Positions 39,938 through 50,883 of a DNA stretch of 57,963 bases are shown in pieces (the stretch's first letter is position 1; each line of letters starts with the position of its first letter). Made by a program: the position numbers and the translations under genes. Where the stretch lies: the sequence record SRR31156797_979. One strand, 5' to 3'. Below the pieces are notes generated by a model. That model was not told the origin of the DNA. It ran no database searches and saw only the letters and a list, made by a program, of their open reading frames with translations.

Positions 39938-41767
39938 TTACAAATCCATCTTATTTCCTAATTCGCCGATAATATAATCAACACATTCTTCTAAAGTATG
40001 TTTACTTGTATCAATTTCGATATCTGGGTTAACAGGAGCTTCATAGGGGCTTGAGATACCGGTGAAATTCGGTATTTCACCGCTGCGAGCTTTCTTATAT
40101 AATCCCTTCACATCACGCTCTTCACACACATTAAGAGGTGTAGATACATATATCTCTATAAATCCATCACCTATGATTTCTCTGGCTCGTTGTCTATCCT
40201 GAATATATGGTGAGATAAATGACGTTAATACTATCAATCCAGCATCGTTCATCAATTTTGCAACCTCTGATACACGACGAATATTCTCAATTCTATCTAC
40301 TTCCTTAAATCCTAAGTTTATATTTAATCCGTGACGTACATTATCTCCGTCAAGGAGCATTGTATGTTTACCCATTGCAAATAACTTTTTCTCAACCTCA
40401 TTAGCTAAGGTAGATTTACCAGAACCAGATAGTCCGGTAAACCATAATGCTATTGGTTTTTGCTGTTTTTGATTTGCTCGGGTCTGTCGAGTAATATCTG
40501 TTTCCTGCCAGACTACATTTGTAGCTCTTCTTAATGAGTGCTCAATTACACCACAAGCAGAAGTCATATTAGTTACTCTGTCAATCAGTATAAATTCACC
40601 TAATATTTGTGTATTGGCAAACTTATCAAACACTAGATTTTCGGATAAAGCAATATCCACAATAGCAATCTCATTCTTAAAAAGCTTTTCAGCGGGAACA
40701 TGGTGTCCGTTATTTATATCAATTTTGTACTTTATATCCATAATTGTCGCTGGTAGAATTTTAGTGCCGCATTTTAGCAAATAGTTTCTTCCTGTAACCA
40801 GATTGTCATTATCCATCCACAAAATAGTACTCGTCATCATATCTGCAGTAATAACATTATTCTCTTTAACCAATACGCATCCACGAGAAATATCAATTTC
40901 TTTGTCCAGACACAGTGTTACCGGCTGACCTTCTGATGCTTCATTTACTTCTTTATCCGTAACGAGAATCTTTGTAATAATTGCTTTTTCCTCATTTGGA
41001 AGCACCTTTATCATGTCACTAACTTCTGCTTTTCCTGATTCTATTTGTCCTTGGAAACCACGGAAATTCTGATGAGGTCTGCACACCCTTTGAACAGGCA
41101 TAACGAAATTGGAGCTGTCTGCACTTGCCTTAACGTCAATATCTTCCAAGTAGCTAAGTAATGTTTCCCCCTTATACCAGGATATATTATTAGATTTTTC
41201 TGTCAGATTATCGCCTACTGTAGCAGATACAGGGATTACCAGCATATTATCAACTTCAAAATTCGAGCATAATTCTTTGAAATCAGCTTTTATCTCGTTG
41301 AATCTATGCTGATCATAATCAATTAAATCCATTTTGTTAACAGCCAACACAAAGTTTCTGATGCCCATCAGCGAGCAAATACGAGCATGTCTTTTGGTCT
41401 GTACTAAGACCCCTTGGGATGCATCAACCAATATAACTGCTAAGTCAGCAAACGAAGCACCTACAGCCATATTCCTAGTATATTGCTCATGCCCCGGGCA
41501 GTCTGCTACTATAAATGACCTTTCATTGGTTGTAAAATATCTATATGCTACATCAATTGTTATGCCCTGCTCACGCTCTGCCATTAATCCATCAAGTAAA
41601 AGTGAATAATCAATACTGCCGTCAGTACTTCCCACCTTGCTATCCAGCTCCAGTGCATCTTCCTGATCCGCAAATATTAATTTTGCATCATAAAGCATAT
41701 GCCCAATAAGCGTTGATTTACCATCATCTACTGAGCCGCATGTAATAAACTTGAGTAATGATTTCAT
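39938..41767 (-). CDS. cysNC: Bifunctional sulfate adenylyltransferase subunit 1 / adenylylsulfate kinase
   Basis: [37 protein letters not shown] GTPase motifs; C-terminal [43 protein letters not shown] kinase. Confidence 0.96.
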   Translation of the reverse strand: MKSLLKFITCGSVDDGKSTLIGHMLYDAKLIFADQEDALELDSKVGSTDGSIDYSLLLDGLMAEREQGITIDVAYRYFTTNERSFIVADCPGHEQYTRNMAVGASFADLAVILVDASQGVLVQTKRHARICSLMGIRNFVLAVNKMDLIDYDQHRFNEIKADFKELCSNFEVDNMLVIPVSATVGDNLTEKSNNISWYKGETLLSYLEDIDVKASADSSNFVMPVQRVCRPHQNFRGFQGQIESGKAEVSDMIKVLPNEEKAIITKILVTDKEVNEASEGQPVTLCLDKEIDISRGCVLVKENNVITADMMTSTILWMDNDNLVTGRNYLLKCGTKILPATIMDIKYKIDINNGHHVPAEKLFKNEIAIVDIALSENLVFDKFANTQILGEFILIDRVTNMTSACGVIEHSLRRATNVVWQETDITRQTRANQKQQKPIALWFTGLSGSGKSTLANEVEKKLFAMGKHTMLLDGDNVRHGLNINLGFKEVDRIENIRRVSEVAKLMNDAGLIVLTSFISPYIQDRQRAREIIGDGFIEIYVSTPLNVCEERDVKGLYKKARSGEIPNFTGISSPYEAPVNPDIEIDTSKHTLEECVDYIIGELGNKMDL

Positions 41768-42666
41768 TAGAAATACCCCTCTCTTTTGCGTCTTTCCATA
41801 CTGCCGGCAGCTTCAGCATCAATTATTCTGGTGGTACGCTCTGATGATACTGCTCCTAAAGTTTCTGAAACAATTTCATCCAAAGTAGATGCTTTTGAGT
41901 AGCATCCACCTGTCAGAGGATAGCAGCCAAGAGTTCTGAAGCGAATAAAGTCTCTCTTAATCTCTTCTCCCTCTTCCAGCCGCATTCTGTCATCATCAAT
42001 CAAGATAATATTGCCGTCTCTTATTACATATGGTCGCTCTTTAGCAAAATATAAAGGTACTATAGGTATATTTTCTCTTTGAATATACTGCCAGATATCT
42101 TTTTCCGTCCAGTTGGATATGGGGAAAACTCGCATGCTTTCTCCTATGTTAATCTTTGTATTATATGTTTTCCACATTTCAGGACGCTGATTCTTTGGGT
42201 CCCAAGCATGCTGTTTGTTACGGAAAGAAAATATTCTCTCCTTTGCACGGGATTTCTCCTCATCCCGTCGCCCTCCGCCAAATGCAGCGGTAAAACCGTA
42301 TTTATCCAGCGCATCTTTTAGCGCCTGTGTTTTCATTATATCAGTATATGCACTGCCGTGATCAAATGGATTAATGCCGTCCTTTACACCTTGCTCATTT
42401 GTATAGGAAATCATTTGTATTCCAAGTTCTTTGGAACGTTTGTCACGAAATGCAATCATTTCGGAGAATTTCCATGTTGTGTCTATATGCATAAATGGAA
42501 ATGGAGGCTTCTCCGGATAAAATGCTTTCATCGCCAAATGCAGCATAACCGAGCTGTCCTTGCCAATTGAGTATAGCATAACTGGCTTCTCACACTCGGC
42601 AGCTACCTCTCTCATTATATATATAGCCTCAGCCTCCAGCTGATCTAAATGGGTCATTTTGTTCAT
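41767..42666 (-). CDS. cysD: Sulfate adenylyltransferase subunit 2
   Basis: [68 protein letters not shown] stop/start overlap with cysNC. Confidence 0.97.
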   Translation of the reverse strand: MNKMTHLDQLEAEAIYIMREVAAECEKPVMLYSIGKDSSVMLHLAMKAFYPEKPPFPFMHIDTTWKFSEMIAFRDKRSKELGIQMISYTNEQGVKDGINPFDHGSAYTDIMKTQALKDALDKYGFTAAFGGGRRDEEKSRAKERIFSFRNKQHAWDPKNQRPEMWKTYNTKINIGESMRVFPISNWTEKDIWQYIQRENIPIVPLYFAKERPYVIRDGNIILIDDDRMRLEEGEEIKRDFIRFRTLGCYPLTGGCYSKASTLDEIVSETLGAVSSERTTRIIDAEAAGSMERRKREGYF

Positions 42667-42753
42667 TATTATTTACCTTCTATATTAGTTTATAATAAGT
42701 ATTAGTATTATCTGAGATTTTTAATACTAATCTAAGGGTATTAAGCACTAATA

Positions 42754-44811
42754 CTAATTATTTTCGTATGGAACAAGTTTACACTCACTATCAGATATCC
42801 AGACCACATTATATAATTTATCAGTTTCAATATTATCAATATCTAAAAACAGATGATTAAATTCCTCAAAGAATTTACTGTAACAGCCAAATAGAAATAC
42901 TTTTGTGATATTATTTTCTTTATAATATTTTTGAATAGCAAGTATTTGCTCATCAATATTCTTGGTATAATCAGGTGTTATTATATAATTCATTGATGTT
43001 AATGTAAAGTATGAAATTATGAGACTTGAATATGTACCTCCTCCAGTATTTGCCTTATCTACCATAATACACAATTTATCATCCGAAGATACAGTTTCTT
43101 TGATTTCTAAAGCGTATTCCTCATTTTGTGCAAATCCATTTTCTACGTATTCTTGCTGACTATTTCTACTTTGATTATATATCTGTAATGGTGCAGGATA
43201 AATAGTTATCAATAACAAAATAACAGTAAGGATGTATACCATATGTTTCTTTTTCATTATAGAATGATAGCTACATTTACCTAATACTATTGCTGTAATA
43301 CTGTATAATACAAAGTATACATATATCCCTAAATACCGTTCCATGGAATTACCTGTCTGAACTATTGATATAGGAAATTGTGAGTATCTGTAAATAGCAA
43401 CTAATACAAGAAGTATCATCTGAGCTGTTAGTATTATTGAAAGTATTGCCAAATATCTTCTTTTTGTGTCTTCTTTATAAACGTAAATATACAGTAAAGC
43501 ACATACACCAATTACTATACATACCAATTTAGGAAGTTCAATATTAAGGAATTTAACTGTCATTGCACTCTCAAAAAATTCTTTTATCAAAATAATCGTT
43601 CCAGAATCCAATTTAGTAAAGACATGTCCAATACTTCCTACGACTAATAATGTAAATAATCCCCAAACAATTATATGAATTTTCTTTTTTAAGATAAGTC
43701 TGACAGTTATATATGTTGTAATAATTAATAGTGCTATGAGTAATGATGCTCCCAGAGGACTACTGATAGCATTGATAACACTTCCTACTGGATCACACCA
43801 AGATGCACCGGATACTGTTGAATTGCCTAATATTTGATTTAGCATTGATTGAAATGAAACATATCCTACTTCACTCATCTTCGTTAATCCGATAAGTGTA
43901 TTTGAAAAAATAAAACTAGTAAAAATGCCAGCTGTGCATAGTAGAACAAATTTTATATTATCTTTTAATAATCTGCCTTGATGTTTATGTGAAAACATTA
44001 TATCATAACCGATTATTATCAGTGCAAATATAGCAATTATTACTCCAAAACCATGCTTTATCTGGGGAAAGAATATAAATCCAGCAAGTATGACTGGTAT
44101 TTTTGCTTTGGAATCTTTATTTAAATAGTAATAGCAGATAACACCTGTGAATACTGTAGTTACAATTGTATCGGCATACAATTGAGTATAGGCTTTATAA
44201 TCAGAAAACAATAATGAAAATGCTATCATTGAAAACAAAATCAATATGGGAAGCTTTTTAAAATCCCATTTAGCAAATGGCAATAGCAATGTCACCCAGT
44301 AAATAAACCACATTGCACTCATCATTGCATCATATCTAAATCCAGTAAAAAAAGTCACAAATGAATAATATGCAGGTAATCCCACAGAGTGATTTATAGA
44401 TAGAATTCCACTAGGAATGCGAAGTCCATCGTATTCCAGTATAGCTTTTGACGCTTTTGCCCAGAATGAAAAATTGTCCAAGCTTAGCAGCTTGATTCCA
44501 TGAATAGCCACAGTATAGCTAATCACTGCGATAAATAGCATTAAAAATGCTGGATTTATAAAAAAAGATTTTATTCTGACTAATAAATTCCTCCTTATTA
44601 TACTGTAGACTACAGAGGCAATAAAAGTCAGTACAATAAAACCACATAAAATATAAACTGACTTTGTTAAACCTAGGAAGTATAATAAGATTAATAGCTT
44701 GATTATCAGCGCCATAACAGCAATGAACATTGACTCAATTGCTTTAAAATCTGTAAGCAATGTAATGCTCAACGCATATATAATAAGTATACCCAAAACA
44801 ACATATATCAT
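42754..44811 (-). CDS. Polytopic membrane protein, GT-C (lipid-linked donor transferase)-like
   Basis: More than 12 hydrophobic segments, an acidic-aromatic early loop LDNFSFW, YADT, QIKHG, SMERY, and a soluble C-terminal domain. Strongly AT-rich. Confidence 0.55.
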   Translation of the reverse strand: MIYVVLGILIIYALSITLLTDFKAIESMFIAVMALIIKLLILLYFLGLTKSVYILCGFIVLTFIASVVYSIIRRNLLVRIKSFFINPAFLMLFIAVISYTVAIHGIKLLSLDNFSFWAKASKAILEYDGLRIPSGILSINHSVGLPAYYSFVTFFTGFRYDAMMSAMWFIYWVTLLLPFAKWDFKKLPILILFSMIAFSLLFSDYKAYTQLYADTIVTTVFTGVICYYYLNKDSKAKIPVILAGFIFFPQIKHGFGVIIAIFALIIIGYDIMFSHKHQGRLLKDNIKFVLLCTAGIFTSFIFSNTLIGLTKMSEVGYVSFQSMLNQILGNSTVSGASWCDPVGSVINAISSPLGASLLIALLIITTYITVRLILKKKIHIIVWGLFTLLVVGSIGHVFTKLDSGTIILIKEFFESAMTVKFLNIELPKLVCIVIGVCALLYIYVYKEDTKRRYLAILSIILTAQMILLVLVAIYRYSQFPISIVQTGNSMERYLGIYVYFVLYSITAIVLGKCSYHSIMKKKHMVYILTVILLLITIYPAPLQIYNQSRNSQQEYVENGFAQNEEYALEIKETVSSDDKLCIMVDKANTGGGTYSSLIISYFTLTSMNYIITPDYTKNIDEQILAIQKYYKENNITKVFLFGCYSKFFEEFNHLFLDIDNIETDKLYNVVWISDSECKLVPYENN

Positions 44812-45475
44812 CGTTCTAATCCCCTTAGTAAAGTAATTTATTCATCTAATTATATCTATAAAACGACGAATAATAAGTAATATCTATAGTATACTAAAAA
44901 AAACCTATAAACAAAATAGTATTTACACTTAAAAACAGATAATCTCATATCTTTTCTAATTTATGAGTATGTCAGCAGATTTTCACACTATATCTATCTA
45001 TATCTATATTTATTAAAATCACTCTATGTATGCTGGTAACTTCAATCCAAAGCGTTAACAGGCATCGCTGTATTTACATATTCAGTATCCCGCTGCAATA
45101 ATATATGCCTCTTCTTTAGCATTACATGATTATCTGTTTAAAACTGATGAGTCATCTCGCTTATCTTGTATTAATTATATAATTATCCAATTTAATCTTT
45201 TAAATACATAATATCTCTTATTTTCACTTGTTTCTATTGTTTATAATATAGTTTTATGATAACATGATAAGTACTTATGTTACACTAAATTTTAATATTT
45301 AACAAAAAAATTACTAAACTATAATATAATAATGTTTTGTTTTGACTAGATGATAGTATTTATATGTTTATAATAATCTATTATATATTATTTTACATAG
45401 AATATTATAATTTTATAATTGTACAGTGATAAATCTGATAATATAAGTTAAGTGTAAAAGTAGAAAGATTAAGAT

Positions 45476-46318
45476 ATGAAAAGAATACTGATAACAGGGA
45501 CTGAAAGCTATTTGGGTATAAACCTGAAAAAGTGGTTATTAAAAGAACCTGAAAAATATAATATTGATACTATTGACATGAAAAATAATGAATGGAAACT
45601 TCGTGATTTTTCATCTTATGATGTTGTATACCATGTTGCTGGTCTTGTGCACAAAAAGGAAACATCAAAGAATATAGATTTATATTTTAAAATCAATCGT
45701 GATCTTGCCTTTGAAACCGCTAAAAAAGCAAAAAGAGAAGGTGTTAAACAATTTATATTTTTAAGCTCAATGAGTGTTTATGGTGTAACTACTGGTGTAA
45801 TTACAAAAGATACAAAAGTAGCCCCAAACAGTGCATATGGAACATCAAAAAAACAAGCTGAAGATGCAATTAAAGAACTAGAGGATAGTTCATTTAAGAT
45901 AGTAATACTGCGTCCGCCAATAATTTATGGAAAGGAATGTCCTGGGAATTATAAAGTATTGGCAAAATTCGCTGTTATTACTCCTATCTTTCCAAATCTT
46001 GATAATCATAGAAGCATGCTATACATAGACAACCTGTCCGAGTTGGTAAAACAATTAATTGACAACGAAGACAGTGGTTTGTTTTTCCCTCAGAATAAAG
46101 AATATATTAATACTGCTGTTTTGGTCAAAACTATTGCTGCTGCTCATGGTAAAAGAGTATTACTAACTAACATATTCAATTTCATACTAAAAAGAATGCA
46201 TAATGAACTTGTTGAGAAAGTAACCTCTAACTTAGTATATGATAAGCACCTCTCAGAATACAAAAGCGAATACAGAGTTTATGATTTTGAAGAATCCATT
46301 CTACTGACAGAAAGGTAA
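45476..46318 (+). CDS. NAD-dependent nucleotide-sugar epimerase/dehydratase
   Basis: ILITGTESYLG, HVAGLVH, FLSSMSVYG, YGTSK (YxxxK), LRPPIIYG, RSMLYIDNL. Confidence 0.9.
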   Translation: MKRILITGTESYLGINLKKWLLKEPEKYNIDTIDMKNNEWKLRDFSSYDVVYHVAGLVHKKETSKNIDLYFKINRDLAFETAKKAKREGVKQFIFLSSMSVYGVTTGVITKDTKVAPNSAYGTSKKQAEDAIKELEDSSFKIVILRPPIIYGKECPGNYKVLAKFAVITPIFPNLDNHRSMLYIDNLSELVKQLIDNEDSGLFFPQNKEYINTAVLVKTIAAAHGKRVLLTNIFNFILKRMHNELVEKVTSNLVYDKHLSEYKSEYRVYDFEESILLTER

Positions 46319-46322
46319 AACT

Positions 46323-47117
46323 TTGAGGGAGATAAAGGATACAAATTCACTGATTAGTATAGTAATGCCTGCGTACAACAGTGAGAAATATATAGGTGAG
46401 GCTATTAATTCTGTTATTAGTCAAACCTATCAGTACTGGGAACTGATTGTAATTGATGATGCATCACATGACAATACCCTAAAAATAATAGTGGAATTTT
46501 CAAATCAGGATACCAGAATCAAATATATACAAAATAATAGCAATCTAGGAGTCTCAAATACACGAAATATCGGTATATCTCAATCCTCAGGTGATTGGAT
46601 TGCTTTCTTGGACAGCGATGACATGTGGGAAAAAGAAAAACTTGAAAAACAAATAGATTTAGCAGACAGAAAAAATGCCAGTTTAGTTTTTACCGGTTTA
46701 TCCTACATCAATGAAAGCAGTAAAGCATATATCGGTAATTTCAAAATTCCAGAGAAAATTTCATATAAACAACTAAGAAATCAAAACGTAATTCCGTGTT
46801 CATCTGTTTTGATTAAAAAGGAATTACTAAGTAATATAAAAATGGAAAACGACGATATGCACGAAGATTACGCTGTATGGCTAAGAGTCCTCAAAATAGG
46901 AATTACAGCATATGGAATCAATGAACCATTGTTAATATATAGATATTCAAGAAATTCAAAATCCGGTAATAAATTTAAAGCTTTTAAAATGACATATAAA
47001 GTTTTTAGATTTTTAGGTCTTAACCCGATTAGTTCGGCATTTTTCACGCTAAGGCATCTATTTGGCTCTGCAAAAAAATATCTGAAATTATTAGCAGAAA
47101 ATAAATTTAAAATTTAA
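46323..47117 (+). CDS. GT2 glycosyltransferase (TuaG-like)
   Basis: ISIVMPAYN, IDDASHD, RNIGI, IAFLDSDDMW, KLEKQ, HEDYAVW. Confidence 0.92.
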   Translation: MREIKDTNSLISIVMPAYNSEKYIGEAINSVISQTYQYWELIVIDDASHDNTLKIIVEFSNQDTRIKYIQNNSNLGVSNTRNIGISQSSGDWIAFLDSDDMWEKEKLEKQIDLADRKNASLVFTGLSYINESSKAYIGNFKIPEKISYKQLRNQNVIPCSSVLIKKELLSNIKMENDDMHEDYAVWLRVLKIGITAYGINEPLLIYRYSRNSKSGNKFKAFKMTYKVFRFLGLNPISSAFFTLRHLFGSAKKYLKLLAENKFKI

Positions 47118-47557
47118 TGATTTTAAATTAAATAAATGTTAGTAATTTACTGCATTTATTTGATAGAATTTAACTAAATACAAATTCAAACTACCAACAT
47201 ATAAACTAATAAGATCTCGTAAGATATAGCATGTACCAAGGTAATTATAGTGCTTGTCATATAAAAATATCTCTCGGTTTTCCCATATAATTAGAATTAT
47301 TATAAAAATTATTTACCGCTTAGAATATATATATGTTATTATATTAAGGTACAATTTTTGTAAAATTAATATATCATTTGCCAAAATAAGTTAAATTTTA
47401 ATTTAGTAAATGTCTAGTATTATACTAATAAAATTATTTCACATTTGTTATGATTATATTAATAATAAAGTATTGGAGAAAAAACAAGTAAAAGCAGATA
47501 GATTTTTTGTAAACGATACCAAGAAATCAATCAATTACTTGAGCATACAGGATTTAT

Positions 47558-48532
47558 ATGAAACCTTATAAAATAATACTCTCATTTGTTATATTTTATT
47601 TCATTGCTACATCACTTAGCAGTGTTATTTTGCTTGGTCAATCCATAAGCATGGGAAATCAATATATTGAATATGGATTCTATGTGATGATAATTATTTT
47701 AATATTATTATTCGTTATTTTTCCAATTATTAAATATTCATTTCAGCCTTCTGTTAATACACTTTCATTGATTAGCGAAAGAGATCACGCAGCAATAAAA
47801 AAATATAGAAGATACCTATTAAATACAATAGACAAAGATAGAAAAAGTGAGCTAAAAAATATACCTGCGAATAATATAGAAGATAATGTCGCTTGGATAA
47901 AAGTCCATCTGGAAGATGCGGCAAACAAGAATCGTAAAGTTGTAAGGAATACTGCAATCAAGCTAACTACTACAGTTATTATTTCTCCAAATTCCTTTAT
48001 TGATGGTTTGGCTATACTTATCGGAAATAGTCATATGATATATGAGCTGTCAAAGAATATGGGAGTACGTTATTCATGGAAGGATATCATTAATTTTTAT
48101 TTTAATACCCTCACAATAGCCTCAATATCAGGAATTATACAGAATTTTGACGAGGAAATAGAGGAAGTTATCGAGTCTATTGCTGAAGAATTTGCTGAAT
48201 TCCTAGGTGCAGAGTCAGGTAAGTCAATTTCTGAAGTTATTCCCTTTGCGAATATTCTTTCCAAGGCAATGGTACCCATCTTTGAGGCTGCCAGCAATTA
48301 TGCATATACAATCTATAACGGCAATAGATTTTTAACTACCTTAACTAACCAGCTGGTGGAATCCCCCCTTGACCAAGGTCAGATAAATAAGGCTTCACGT
48401 AAGCTGGCAAGAAAAGAAAAATACAAGTATCTGGCTGAAATGACTGCAAAAGTCAGTGTCAATGGTCCAAGCAATGTAGTAAAAAAGGTATTCAAGAGGA
48501 AAAAGAATAAGGCAGATCTTTACGATCGATAA
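47558..48532 (+). CDS. DUF697/YcjF-like membrane protein
   Basis: Two N-terminal TM segments; ISPNSFIDGL and MIYELSKNMG resemble the YcjF/DUF697 core; basic C-terminus. Confidence 0.6.
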   Translation: MKPYKIILSFVIFYFIATSLSSVILLGQSISMGNQYIEYGFYVMIIILILLFVIFPIIKYSFQPSVNTLSLISERDHAAIKKYRRYLLNTIDKDRKSELKNIPANNIEDNVAWIKVHLEDAANKNRKVVRNTAIKLTTTVIISPNSFIDGLAILIGNSHMIYELSKNMGVRYSWKDIINFYFNTLTIASISGIIQNFDEEIEEVIESIAEEFAEFLGAESGKSISEVIPFANILSKAMVPIFEAASNYAYTIYNGNRFLTTLTNQLVESPLDQGQINKASRKLARKEKYKYLAEMTAKVSVNGPSNVVKKVFKRKKNKADLYDR

Positions 48533-48767
48533 GTTTATCAATATCTTTCTTTATACTTTACAAAACAATAAATCAATAAAGGATTATTTAGTGTTTTCAT
48601 TCGCATTTTGTGGACCACACCCAAGTAAATGTATATAAAAATTAATTATCTTTATGCTAATTAATAATAAAGAATCTATTTTGTCCCAATATCGTTCGCC
48701 ACAAAACAATTACTTTACTGAATACATATAGTCATCTCTGATCTATCTAGTTATATTGATAAGTTTC

Positions 48768-49466
48768 TCAAGTACTCCTATTAATGTACGCTTGTGTATA
48801 TGGACATACAGCTATACACATACCGCAGGAACCATCCTCCTTGTTACCTATTTTTTTGCCCCTTTCTATTTTGCTTTTCTTGCAAAGATATGCATTTAGC
48901 AGATCATCTCTTATAGTAGTTATATCCCAATTTATTATATTTATCGCTTTACCAGGACAATACTTGTGACATATTTTGCAATCACCGCATTTTGATTCAG
49001 TTATCGGGTCACCGGTTTGTACAGGGATATCTGTTAAAACGGTATAGTACCTCACTGCTCCCCCATATATCTTATTAATTAGTAAAGCGCTTTTCCCTAT
49101 CCACCCTAAACCTGAAAGAGTACAAATCGTCTTATGAGGCAGAACAGTACAATATTTTTCATTCTGTTTGACGTTTTCACGTGACTGCGGATATGCTCTA
49201 TATCCCAGAGTGCTTATATAATCACTTAATCTATAAGAAAGACTATTCAATTTGTCGCTAACATCTACATAGTGATAATAATACTCTAAATGCGGACCTG
49301 TAAGAATGTTCTTTACTATAGCAGGGTTCAACGCTATTCCAAAAGCAATGCCATACGGGTATCCTTTGGTCTGACTATCAGATAATACAGAAATGTCAGC
49401 AAACCCAACAAGATTTACCCCTTCATTAATTAAGAAATCAGTAATTTTTTCATTGTGAATCATCAT
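48768..49466 (-). CDS. 4Fe-4S protein of the epoxyqueuosine reductase (QueG)-like family
   Basis: LVGFAD, PHKT...SGLGWIGKSALL, VLTD, CGDCKICHKYCP, CGMCIAVCP. Confidence 0.82.
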   Translation of the reverse strand: MMIHNEKITDFLINEGVNLVGFADISVLSDSQTKGYPYGIAFGIALNPAIVKNILTGPHLEYYYHYVDVSDKLNSLSYRLSDYISTLGYRAYPQSRENVKQNEKYCTVLPHKTICTLSGLGWIGKSALLINKIYGGAVRYYTVLTDIPVQTGDPITESKCGDCKICHKYCPGKAINIINWDITTIRDDLLNAYLCKKSKIERGKKIGNKEDGSCGMCIAVCPYTQAYINRST

Positions 49467-49518
49467 AAAGCCTCTTTAAAACAGTCTATTAATATATCTA
49501 ATTAATCCTACTTAATAG

Positions 49519-50883
49519 CTATATTATGGGTATATACACATACATGATAGTTCCTATACCCTGCTGGCTCTTGACCCTTATGCTGCCATTGTGAGCATCA
49601 ATTATACTTTTGCATATTGACAGCCCCAGCCCAACTCCTTGATAATCAATTCGTCTTGAGCGATTACCTTGATAGTATGAGTCAAATATATAAGGCAGTT
49701 CCTCTGCTGAAATACCTTCTCCGCTGTCATTTACTTCGATTACTATACTGTCATCTTCTCTGTAGGATAGAAAGCTTATCGTATCATCAGTGCTAGTATG
49801 CTTTTTTGCATTATCATATAGATTTATTACCACTTGTTCCAATCTGATTTTATCAATATTTACAATACATCTTGGCAACAGATTTTTACACGTAGTTCTT
49901 TCGTCTTTCTGACCATTAATATTATGAAATATCTCATCTATAACATCATTTATGTAACATTCTTCAAAATTATATTTAAACTGGCTTGCATCCTCTTGTG
50001 TATATGCAAAGAAATTATTTATCAAATCTGTAAGCTGATGTACCTTCTTATCAATTACATCAATGTAATTTTGACGTTTTTCCTCATTTGATGCTAGATT
50101 ACTTTTCAGTGCTTCAATATACGCATTTATTGTTGCAATAGGCGTTTTTAGTTCATGAGATATCTTATTAATAAATGCTTTATGATTTCTATCAGTAATC
50201 TCCCTCTTTTCCATAGTAAATTTCAGCTCATCAATAAGCATATTATATGAATGATATAGATTCAGATGTTGGCTGTCTGATTTAACCTTTAGAGGATTAT
50301 AAATTCCTTTAGTTATATCCAGCAGGGCATTTTGTATCTCAACAAGTTCAGCAGGATACTCAGCAAATACTGTTTTCCCCTGAATTATTGTAAGCAATAT
50401 CAAAGATACCACCGCAATGCCTAATAAAATGTATTTATAGCTAAATTCATTCTCATTATATACATAGATCTTCTCAAATATTGCAAACCCAGTGATTTTA
50501 TCCTCATAATAAAGAGGCTGGGCAAGTTTATACCTATGTTCATTCCCATTTTTATATGCATCATCCATATATAATGCTTCTGCCAATAGCAAATCACTGT
50601 CAATATTAGCCTCAGTGGAATATACAATGCTGCCATATAAATCAATCACAGTAACAGCCAATCCATCGGTCTGCAATGCAGTAGCATTGGATATATTGTT
50701 AATACCTGACTTTTCACTTATTTGCTGCAAATCCTCATATGCTTTACTGCTGTCCAAACGAAGTTTATTAATTGGACTAAGTTCTGTATCCTTATTCCAA
50801 TCAACAGCAAAGAATATTAATAGTGATACTACTGTCACTATTAATAATCCTATATATAATCCTTTAGTATAGCTTCTATTCAT
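49519..50883 (-). CDS. Sensor histidine kinase (HisKA/HATPase)
   Basis: Two TM, ISHELKTP, NLYDNAKKH, DSGEGI, GVGLGLSI. Confidence 0.93.
   Translation of the reverse strand: MNRSYTKGLYIGLLIVTVVSLLIFFAVDWNKDTELSPINKLRLDSSKAYEDLQQISEKSGINNISNATALQTDGLAVTVIDLYGSIVYSTEANIDSDLLLAEALYMDDAYKNGNEHRYKLAQPLYYEDKITGFAIFEKIYVYNENEFSYKYILLGIAVVSLILLTIIQGKTVFAEYPAELVEIQNALLDITKGIYNPLKVKSDSQHLNLYHSYNMLIDELKFTMEKREITDRNHKAFINKISHELKTPIATINAYIEALKSNLASNEEKRQNYIDVIDKKVHQLTDLINNFFAYTQEDASQFKYNFEECYINDVIDEIFHNINGQKDERTTCKNLLPRCIVNIDKIRLEQVVINLYDNAKKHTSTDDTISFLSYREDDSIVIEVNDSGEGISAEELPYIFDSYYQGNRSRRIDYQGVGLGLSICKSIIDAHNGSIRVKSQQGIGTIMYVYIPII

Noticed and set aside
42698..42755. Alternative AT-rich pairings (ATTAGTATTA with TAATACTAAT or ACTAATACT) between the membrane gene and cysD, as a possible attenuator
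   Set aside because: The stems are nearly all A/T in low-complexity sequence; too weak to call.
45144..45151. CTGATGAG, resembling a hammerhead ribozyme core
   Set aside because: No stem II followed by GAAA, and no matching stems I/III.
48606..48706. TTTTGTGG...CCACAAAA inverted pair as a possible MITE or att remnant
   Set aside because: Only 8 bp, no target-site duplication and no integrase or transposase nearby.
48768..49466. Calling the Fe-S protein queG or a reductive dehalogenase
   Set aside because: It is short (232 aa), with no Tat signal, no anchor gene and no que genes nearby; only family-level similarity is supportable.
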